Positions 57,212-64,000 of a DNA stretch of 64,000 nucleotides are shown here, piece after piece. Position numbers and translations under genes: made by a program. This stretch comes from Candidatus Kerfeldbacteria bacterium RIFCSPLOWO2_02_FULL_42_19. GTDB taxonomy: Bacteria; Patescibacteriota; Patescibacteriia; HO2-48-17. Location: positions 325 to 64,324 of the forward strand of contig MHKF01000018.1 in the NCBI GenBank assembly GCA_001818315.1. The letters are read 5' to 3'. The notes beneath the pieces are model-generated. The model was not told where the DNA came from. It did no database searches and worked only from the letters and a program-made list of their open reading frames with translations. Within the stretch, counting starts at the first letter, position 1, and every line of letters begins with the position of its first letter.

Positions 57212-58111
57212 TTGAATTTTATGTCTCATACTCTCGATGTTTCTATTGTGATTGTGAATTGGAATGTGAAAGATATTCTTCACAGGTGTCTTGAATCTCT
57301 TTATCAGTATACTCATGGTATTACTTTTGAAATTTTTGTGATTGATAATGCTTCGAGTGATGGAAGTGTTGATATGATTCGTAAAAATTTTCCATATGTT
57401 CAGCTGATCGCAAATACTGAAAACGCAGGTTTTGGGAAAGCCCAAAATCAAGGTATACAACAAGCTCGTGGAAAATATATTTGTATTTTTAATCCGGATA
57501 CGGCGATTACTGACAATGTTTTCAAAAAAATGTTTGACTGGATGGAACACCCTGAACACACGAAGGTAGTTCTCTTAGGACCGAAACTTATGTATCCTGA
57601 TGGAAGACCGCAGCCAAGTATTAAACGTTTTCCTACTGCTGTTTCACAGATGATTATTTTATTGAAATGTCATCATGTTTTCGGTTGGTTTGGTCCAGTG
57701 AGGCGGTATCTTGCGAAGGACTTTGATTATAATATTGAACAGCCTGTAGATCAGATGATGGGTGCGTGTATTTTCGCACGTGCAAGTGCGCTCCATGCAC
57801 TCAAAGGATTTGATGAGGATTTCTGGATTTGGTTTGAAGATGTTGATTTATGTAAACGTTCGAAAGCGAGTGGATGGGAAAATTGGTATACGCCGTTGAT
57901 ATCTATCATACATCACGAAGGGAAAAGTTTTGGACAAATCTTTTCGCCAACGAAGCAGCGGTACTTTAATGCGAGTTTGAAAGTATATGCTCGTAAATAC
58001 TATAATGCACCGTCCCAAATTATTCTTGCATTTTTGGCTCCTGTGAGTCTTTTTCTTAGCTACATTGTTTCATGGCTTCACATCAAACCCAGACCACAAT
58101 CTCGGGTGTAA
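57212..58111 (+). CDS. GT2-family glycosyltransferase
   Basis: 'VSIVIVNWNVKD', 'VIDNASSDGS', 'FNPDT'. Confidence 0.85.
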   Translation: MNFMSHTLDVSIVIVNWNVKDILHRCLESLYQYTHGITFEIFVIDNASSDGSVDMIRKNFPYVQLIANTENAGFGKAQNQGIQQARGKYICIFNPDTAITDNVFKKMFDWMEHPEHTKVVLLGPKLMYPDGRPQPSIKRFPTAVSQMIILLKCHHVFGWFGPVRRYLAKDFDYNIEQPVDQMMGACIFARASALHALKGFDEDFWIWFEDVDLCKRSKASGWENWYTPLISIIHHEGKSFGQIFSPTKQRYFNASLKVYARKYYNAPSQIILAFLAPVSLFLSYIVSWLHIKPRPQSRV

Positions 58112-59640
58112 CGATTGATTTTCGTCATTTTTTTCAGGCGCATTATCACACGACACTTCTCGCACTCCTTGCTTTTGAGGTCCTTTCGTTTTTGAGTTTT
58201 CTTTTTCTGCCACTCAATACTCTTTTTTGCGTGTTTTTTATTTTTTTCACGTTTCTTCTCTCGCTTCATGATTTGCGAATTGGAGTATTTATAGCACTCG
58301 CTGAACTCGTTGTCGCCTCTAAAGGCTATCTTTTTTATCTCGATTTTGGTTCCTTTCTTATGTCCCTTCGGCTTGGTATTTTCCTTGCTGTTATGTTTGC
58401 TTGGTTTTTGACAGTCCTCAGAGGACGGCGTCAGATTCAGTTTTTTCACTCCAGGCATTGGAAATTCTACTTGCTTTTTTTTGTCGTCATTTTTTTTGGA
58501 ATCGTCAATGGCTTTATGCATTATAATACCGCCTCAAATATTTTTTATGATGTGAATGGCTTTTTATATTTTGGCTTCGTTTTTCCTTTTTTTGATGCCT
58601 TACGCACTCCAAAAGATTTTTTGCAGGCATTGCAAGTAATGTTCGCTGGCATTACAGTGACGATTTTAAAATCTCTTTTTTTACTCTTTATTTTTTCTCA
58701 GCAATTTTTACATGTGCTCCCTCCAATATATAAGTGGGTGAGAGTCACGGGCGTCGGAGAAATTACTTTGCTCGGTAATTTTTTCTACCGTATTTTTTTT
58801 CAGAGTCATGTGTATGAAGTCATTTTCTTTTTTCTCATTTTTTCGTTCTGCATTTTTCCCAAACGCAAGCATTCATATTCGCGATTTGATTGGTCTGTTA
58901 TCACACGAGGGGCTTTGTGTTTGCTGGTGATTTTTCTTAGTTATTCACGGAGTTTTTGGCTCGGGACTATTATGGCGCTTTTTCTTATCTACTTGTTGCT
59001 TTTTTTCTATTGGCATCTGAGTTTGAAACGCTTAGCGTTTTCTCTTTTCGCACTCGTGTTGGTATTTTTTATTGATTATGCTTTGATTTTTGGCACTGTA
59101 AATTTTCCACTTCCAAATCGTGCGGCGACATTTGGCCTTACAAGCCTCTTAACCGAACGCACCGAAGACCTCACGGAAGAAGCGGCTTCGGCGAGCCGTT
59201 TTCAGTTACTCGGCCCATTACTTCAAAAAAATATTTCGTCTCCTCTTTTCGGTACTGGGTTTGGTTCGACAGTCAGGTATCAAACGCGTGATCCTCGGGC
59301 ACTCGAAACTCATCCTGATGGTTGGTATACGACGTATGCTTTCGAATGGGGATATCTGGATCTTTGGTTGAAATTGGGTCTTATTGGTCTTGTGATATAT
59401 CTTTGGTTGCTATTGAAAATCATTCTCGATGCGAGAGTATTTTTTAAACACCCCGAAAACGATTCTTCATGTCTTGTGATTGGCGTTCTTTTTGGTGTGA
59501 TTGCTTTGATATTGATCAATGCTACAACCCCATTTTTAAATCATCCTCTCGGGATTGGATGGATTATTTTTGTGAGTGCGCTTGTGGAGGTTTTTCGCAA
59601 TCATTATGTATCATCACACCAAACCAATCAGGTTGCATGA
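58072..59640 (+). CDS. O-antigen ligase/polymerase-like polytopic membrane protein (tentative)
   Basis: 522 aa, at least 10 TM helices, large extracytoplasmic loop near the C-terminus. Sits in the glycan locus. Confidence 0.35.
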   Translation: MASHQTQTTISGVTIDFRHFFQAHYHTTLLALLAFEVLSFLSFLFLPLNTLFCVFFIFFTFLLSLHDLRIGVFIALAELVVASKGYLFYLDFGSFLMSLRLGIFLAVMFAWFLTVLRGRRQIQFFHSRHWKFYLLFFVVIFFGIVNGFMHYNTASNIFYDVNGFLYFGFVFPFFDALRTPKDFLQALQVMFAGITVTILKSLFLLFIFSQQFLHVLPPIYKWVRVTGVGEITLLGNFFYRIFFQSHVYEVIFFFLIFSFCIFPKRKHSYSRFDWSVITRGALCLLVIFLSYSRSFWLGTIMALFLIYLLLFFYWHLSLKRLAFSLFALVLVFFIDYALIFGTVNFPLPNRAATFGLTSLLTERTEDLTEEAASASRFQLLGPLLQKNISSPLFGTGFGSTVRYQTRDPRALETHPDGWYTTYAFEWGYLDLWLKLGLIGLVIYLWLLLKIILDARVFFKHPENDSSCLVIGVLFGVIALILINATTPFLNHPLGIGWIIFVSALVEVFRNHYVSSHQTNQVA

Positions 59641-60277
59641 GATTCTCATTCTTGTTGGAATTATTTTTCTGCTTATACTTTTGGTTGTGCATTTTCTTCC
59701 GTACTCAAGTATTCTGTTCAAGCGGGAAACGCTCCGACTCTTTATTGATCGTGCTGGAATTTTCGGCCCTTTGGTGATTATTTTTGTTATGGTACTTGAA
59801 ACCGTCGTTGCGCCGTTGCCTGGAATTTTTCTGCCGACAATCTCTGGTTTCTTTTTTGGTTTTTGGCTTGGCTCGTTGTATGCTTATATTGGGGATGTCC
59901 TTGGTGCTTGTGTCGCCTTTAGTTTAGCTCGTCATTTTGGGCAACCTTTTGTTCAACGCATTGCTTCTCAAGAAACAGTTGAGCGTTCGCAAATATTGAT
60001 TAACAAGTATAGTCGGTATCTTTTCATTTTGTACGCTGTCCCAATTTTTCCGATTGATATTGTGAGTTTGCTTCTCGGTATTTCACCGCTTCCGTTTCGA
60101 AGATTTTTGACTATTATTCTTTTAGCATTTGTGCCGAACATACTGCTTTTAAATTTTTTCGGTGATTATCTCTTTCGTGCTTCCTGGTGGAGTTTCTCGA
60201 TGATCGGTATTGTGATTATGCTTTGTATTTTTGTCTGGTTCGTTTCTAACACTCGTCGTAAGTCCACTTATTTATAA
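59576..60277 (+). CDS. TVP38/TMEM64 (VTT/DedA-like) family membrane protein
   Basis: 'ETVVAPLPGIFLPTISGFFFG', 'LYAVPIFPIDIVSLLLGISPLPF'. Confidence 0.55.
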   Translation: MRLWRFFAIIMYHHTKPIRLHEILILVGIIFLLILLVVHFLPYSSILFKRETLRLFIDRAGIFGPLVIIFVMVLETVVAPLPGIFLPTISGFFFGFWLGSLYAYIGDVLGACVAFSLARHFGQPFVQRIASQETVERSQILINKYSRYLFILYAVPIFPIDIVSLLLGISPLPFRRFLTIILLAFVPNILLLNFFGDYLFRASWWSFSMIGIVIMLCIFVWFVSNTRRKSTYL

Positions 60278-60287
60278 TTTTACACGT

Positions 60288-61328
60288 ATGGATTTTTGCA
60301 AAGTAAGTATTATTATCGTAACCTATAATAGTGCTCGATATATTCGACCTCTCTTAGCGTCGATTGTTGCACAAACAGAAAAGAGTATTGAAGTGATTGT
60401 CGTCGATAATGCTTCTCAAGATGAGACGGTTGCGGTTCTTGAAAAAGAATATACGCAAACAGTGAGGGTAATAAAAAATCCGACGAATGATTGGTTTTCG
60501 AAAGGCTATAATCGTGGGATACGGGAAAGCCATGGGGAGTATGTGTTGATTTGTAATCATGACGTTATTTTGATGCCGGATTTTCTTGAAAAACTTTTGC
60601 AGCGTATAGAATCTGATCCAAAGATTGCTTGTGTAGGTGGAAAAGTTTTGAAATTTCCGCAAAAAGACATGGAGTTTACGTATGATCTGGCGCGATTGAA
60701 TTCTTTGAGAGGATACTTTAAAATAGATACGACTGGCATTCAAGTATTTCGAAATCGTAGGTTTATTGATCGCGGTGAAAGTGAGGAAGATAGGGGTCAA
60801 TATAATCGCGAGGAAGAAGTTTTTGGTTTTTCCGGAGCCCTTGTGTTATTGCGTCGAGCTGCGTTAGAAACCGTAAAATTCGAGGAGGAATACTTTGATG
60901 AAGACATGATCGCGTACAAAGAAGATGTTGACATGGCATGGCGTTTGCGACACGCGGGTTTTACGGTTTGGTATGTTGCAAAAGCCTTGGCATATCATAA
61001 TCGACGTGTCAGTCGCGATACTGGGCTTGGTATGCTGGCGACGATCCAGAATCGGCGCGGTAAATTTCATAAGGATAGTTTTTTTTCGTATAAAAATCAT
61101 TGGCATGTACTTATTAAAAACGATACATTCGCAAATTTTTTCAAGGACAGTCTCTTTATATTTTGGTATGAGCTTCGTAAGTTTATCTATATTCTCTGTT
61201 TTGAACCTCACACTCTTGCGGCGATACCTCAATTTTTTCGTGAATTTCCGCGGATGCGCAAGAAACGTAGCGTTATTTTTTCAAATTCCAAACTTTCGAA
61301 CGCATCTATTCGTCGCTGGTTTCTTTAA
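60288..61328 (+). CDS. GT2-family glycosyltransferase
   Basis: 'VSIIIVTYNSARY', 'VVDNASQDET'. Confidence 0.85.
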   Translation: MDFCKVSIIIVTYNSARYIRPLLASIVAQTEKSIEVIVVDNASQDETVAVLEKEYTQTVRVIKNPTNDWFSKGYNRGIRESHGEYVLICNHDVILMPDFLEKLLQRIESDPKIACVGGKVLKFPQKDMEFTYDLARLNSLRGYFKIDTTGIQVFRNRRFIDRGESEEDRGQYNREEEVFGFSGALVLLRRAALETVKFEEEYFDEDMIAYKEDVDMAWRLRHAGFTVWYVAKALAYHNRRVSRDTGLGMLATIQNRRGKFHKDSFFSYKNHWHVLIKNDTFANFFKDSLFIFWYELRKFIYILCFEPHTLAAIPQFFREFPRMRKKRSVIFSNSKLSNASIRRWFL

Positions 61329-61334
61329 TACTTT

Positions 61335-62171
61335 ATGAGAGTATCATTTGTTATTCTGAATTATAAGACTCGTGAATTTCTCAAGAATCATTTACAGAAT
61401 ATTCTCGAAATTCGACTGCCCTTCGAATACGAAGTGATTGTTGTTGATAATGCCTCTCGAGACGGAAGCGTTGAAATGGTACAACAAGAATTTTTAAACA
61501 AGAAAGTCCCAATGGAATTGCGTTTAATTGCATCGAATAAGAATCTCGGATGGTCGGCTGGCAACAATCTTGGAATACGCGAAGCGCGTGGCGAATATGT
61601 TATTTTGAGTAACACTGATATTTTATATTCGAGCGCTGCGGATGTTGTGGATGTAGTGCGCTTTATGGATGAACATCCTGAGATTGGTATTGTCGGACCG
61701 CGTTTGTGGAATCCAGACGGAACCTATCAATATTCTTGTTATAGGTTTTATCGACTTTTTACGCCGGTGTATAGGCGTACACCCCTCGGGAGACTCTCTT
61801 TTGCTCAACATGATATTCAGCGACATTTGATGACGGATTTTAACCATGATACGGTTCGAGAAGTAGATTGGTTACAGGGTTCGAATATGTTCATTAGGCG
61901 CGCAGTTTTCGAAAAAATCGGCCTTATTGACGAACGTTTTTTCCTCTATTTTTCTGATCTAGAGTTTTGTTATCGCGCATGGGACCATAATATTAAAGTA
62001 GTGTATTTTTCCAACACACATACAATGCATTTTCATAAACGTGAATCAGCCGCGAGTCACGGGTTGAGTGTTATGTTGAGTTATATCACTCGGATCCACA
62101 TTAAAGATTGGTTTCGATTCTTACGTAAACACAAAAATAAACTCCCTCAATTTCGTCCTCATCCGTTATGA
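61335..62171 (+). CDS. GT2-family glycosyltransferase
   Basis: 'VSFVILNYKTREFL', 'VVDNASRDGS', 'NTDILY'. Confidence 0.85.
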   Translation: MRVSFVILNYKTREFLKNHLQNILEIRLPFEYEVIVVDNASRDGSVEMVQQEFLNKKVPMELRLIASNKNLGWSAGNNLGIREARGEYVILSNTDILYSSAADVVDVVRFMDEHPEIGIVGPRLWNPDGTYQYSCYRFYRLFTPVYRRTPLGRLSFAQHDIQRHLMTDFNHDTVREVDWLQGSNMFIRRAVFEKIGLIDERFFLYFSDLEFCYRAWDHNIKVVYFSNTHTMHFHKRESAASHGLSVMLSYITRIHIKDWFRFLRKHKNKLPQFRPHPL

Positions 62172-64000
62172 CAGATTTTTTGCAAGCTCACTCTATGTCC
62201 TCTGACAAGAAAAAGCATTCTCAATCTCACAAAAAAAATCGTTCATGGTCCCGTACGTTTTTTTTGCGCATCTTTTTTCTTGGTTGTTTTCTTTTATTGT
62301 TTGTTGGTATTCTTGTAGCCTTCAATTATGCTGATGCACGGAGTGTTTATACGAACGCACTTTCGGGGAAGCAACAGTTGGAAGAAGCACAAAAATTTTT
62401 CGAAGCGCAACGTTTCGGAGATGGTGCAACCGCTTTAGTGCAAGCACGAAAGGATTTCCAGTCTGCAAAAGAGAATCTCGATCATGTCTCGGAACTGAAA
62501 TTTATTCCGCTTGTTGGCAGACAGATCCGTGCGGTAGAAGATATCCTTATCGCCGGTATTCAACTTTCTTCTGCGCTTGAAAAAATTGTTCGCTTCGGTG
62601 ATGAAATTTTTTCCGTCCTCGAGCAAGAAAAAGACTTGACCCTGGATCAAATTACTCCTGAACAGAAGGTTGCTATTCTTAAACGCATGTACGAAGCTCC
62701 ACCGGATCTTCAAGGCGCTCGAGCCGAGGTCGATCTTGCAATGCTGGCCATGAATCGATTGCCTAAACGCGGACTCGTTGCTCCAGTACAAAAAGCTGCT
62801 GCGACTCTTTCTCAGCATTTGCCTCTTATGAAACAAATTATTGATCAAGCAGTTCCTGCAATTGAGGCTATTCCACCTCTTGTTGGGTATCCCGAGTTAA
62901 AATCCTACTTGTTTCTTCTGCAGAATAATAATGAATTGCGCCCCACTGGTGGGTTTATTGGTACGTACGGTATTTTAAAACTCAAAAACGGAGACATTGT
63001 ATCTTTTTCGACTGATAATATTTATAATCTCGATGAACCGTATAAAGACACGCTGTTTTTTGACCCGCCGTGGCAACTCAAAAAATATCTCGGTGCTACG
63101 CAATGGTTCTTGCGCGATTCGAATTGGGAACCGGATTTTCCAACCGCTGCCGCTCGTGCAGAAGAATTGTATCTTTTGGAAGGTGGCACTGAAAATCTCG
63201 ATGGCGTGATTGCAGTAACCCCTGTCTTTCTTCAATCCTTACTTGCATTAACCGGTCCAATTTCGGCTCATGGTATTGAATTTACGAGTGACAATTTTGT
63301 AGAACAACTTGAATATCAAGTCGGACAGGGTTTTTATCGTCAAGGTATCTCAGCGTCTGAACGCAAGGAAGTCATTGGCGCGCTTGCTGACACGATTTTA
63401 TCGAAACTTATGAAGTTACCAAAAGAGCGTTGGAAAGATCTTTGGTTGACCCTCGAATCCAATTTAAGTGAAAAGCACATTTTATTGTCGCTGAAGGAAT
63501 CATCCTTACAACAACTTGTACAAGCGCAAGGATGGGGAGGCGAAATCAAAGCATCGGATGGTGATTTTCTTTTTGTTGTTGATGCGAATATGGCCAGTTT
63601 AAAATCTGATCCAGGGGTCAAGCGTACCATCCGTTATTCGATTACTGATGATAAGGAACGTGGGTTAGTAGGTCGCGTGGATATACAGTATCGTAATGAA
63701 GGATATTTTGGATGGAAGTCAACACGGTACCGGACGTATACTCGGGTGTATGTGCCGGAAGGGAGCGAACTCCTTGAATCAGCCGGGGTCATGGAAAATG
63801 ATAAATTGCATGGCGGAAATCCTGGTGAAGTTGAAGTTGTTAATGAGTTTAGCAAGACGCGCTTCGGAGCATTTATTTCTATTGAACCCCAACAAGAGGG
63901 GACGCTTTCTTTTCTTTATAAACTTCCGCAATCGCTTACACAACAAGTACAAACTGGTACGTACACTTTATTTGTTCAAAAGCAACCCGGTACTCTTGGT
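62168..64000 (+). CDS. DUF4012-family protein (N-terminal TM), 3'-partial at the window edge
   Basis: My own translation gives 'NNNELRPTGGFIGTYGILKL', a DUF4012 hallmark. N-terminal TM 'IFFLGCFLLLFVGILVAF'. Absent from the ORF track because there is no in-window stop. Confidence 0.6.
   Translation, partial: MTDFLQAHSMSSDKKKHSQSHKKNRSWSRTFFLRIFFLGCFLLLFVGILVAFNYADARSVYTNALSGKQQLEEAQKFFEAQRFGDGATALVQARKDFQSAKENLDHVSELKFIPLVGRQIRAVEDILIAGIQLSSALEKIVRFGDEIFSVLEQEKDLTLDQITPEQKVAILKRMYEAPPDLQGARAEVDLAMLAMNRLPKRGLVAPVQKAAATLSQHLPLMKQIIDQAVPAIEAIPPLVGYPELKSYLFLLQNNNELRPTGGFIGTYGILKLKNGDIVSFSTDNIYNLDEPYKDTLFFDPPWQLKKYLGATQWFLRDSNWEPDFPTAAARAEELYLLEGGTENLDGVIAVTPVFLQSLLALTGPISAHGIEFTSDNFVEQLEYQVGQGFYRQGISASERKEVIGALADTILSKLMKLPKERWKDLWLTLESNLSEKHILLSLKESSLQQLVQAQGWGGEIKASDGDFLFVVDANMASLKSDPGVKRTIRYSITDDKERGLVGRVDIQYRNEGYFGWKSTRYRTYTRVYVPEGSELLESAGVMENDKLHGGNPGEVEVVNEFSKTRFGAFISIEPQQEGTLSFLYKLPQSLTQQVQTGTYTLFVQKQPGTLG

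Noticed and set aside
106-63855. Numerous short antisense or alternative-frame ORFs in the six-frame track (e.g. within polX, ribosomal genes and glycosyltransferases)
   Set aside because: They are embedded in longer, clearly homologous coding frames, are AT-rich with a hydrophobic or Arg-rich bias, and have no RBS.

Overview
This is a 64-kb window of an AT-rich, compact genome. The gene content is typical of a small-genome, likely Patescibacteria/CPR-type bacterium, though that is an inference: many secreted or membrane hypotheticals, ribosomal proteins with basic low-complexity extensions, an rpoA without the alpha-CTD, and an AlaRS without the C-Ala domain.

Layout, left to right:
- 1-1.9 kb: two adjacent insertion sequences, an IS1182-family DDE transposase followed by an IS200-type TnpA with flanking hairpins.
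- 2-16 kb: accessory and housekeeping genes. These include an AsnA-like class-II-synthetase core, a tandem double-SET-domain protein, a VKOR-like protein, GT2, a PRTase, PolX, a coupled HAD/kinase pair and acylphosphatase.
- 16.8-23.9 kb: a secreted-protein operon, a PF09826-type beta-propeller protein and a VIT1 transporter.
- 23.9-28.9 kb: an SGNH hydrolase flanked by two near-identical repeat copies, an M24 peptidase, a DUF43-like methyltransferase-fold gene, a Com-like zinc ribbon, a 20-aa Cys-rich micro-ORF and Cys-rich secreted proteins.
- 30.5-37.2 kb: a PLC-like protein, a DAG-kinase-like protein, cysteine desulfurase, LOG, a DD-carboxypeptidase and uridine kinase.
- 37.4-38.5 kb: a GC-rich foreign-looking island.
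- 38.5-46.6 kb: mnmA, alaS, then an infA-rpmJ-rpsM-rpsK-rpsD-rpoA-rplQ-rplM-rpsI block.
- 46.6-64 kb: a cell-surface glycan locus with a Wzx-like flippase, GT4s, GT2s, an O-antigen-ligase-like protein, TVP38 and DUF4012. It contains an unusual ABAB quartet of ABC-2 permeases separated from their ATPase by a 788-aa secreted protein.

The most striking signal readable directly from the sequence is a family of about nine MITE-like palindromic elements. They have roughly 18-bp terminal inverted repeats (GGGRYTGTCGCCGAATAC...GTATTCGGCGACAGYCCC), often enclose a second internal palindrome (AAAAGAGGAGG...ACAGTGTGCTGAGAAAGGAGAG...CCTCCTCTTTT), and sit at gene ends. No CRISPR array, rRNA or convincing tRNA was seen.
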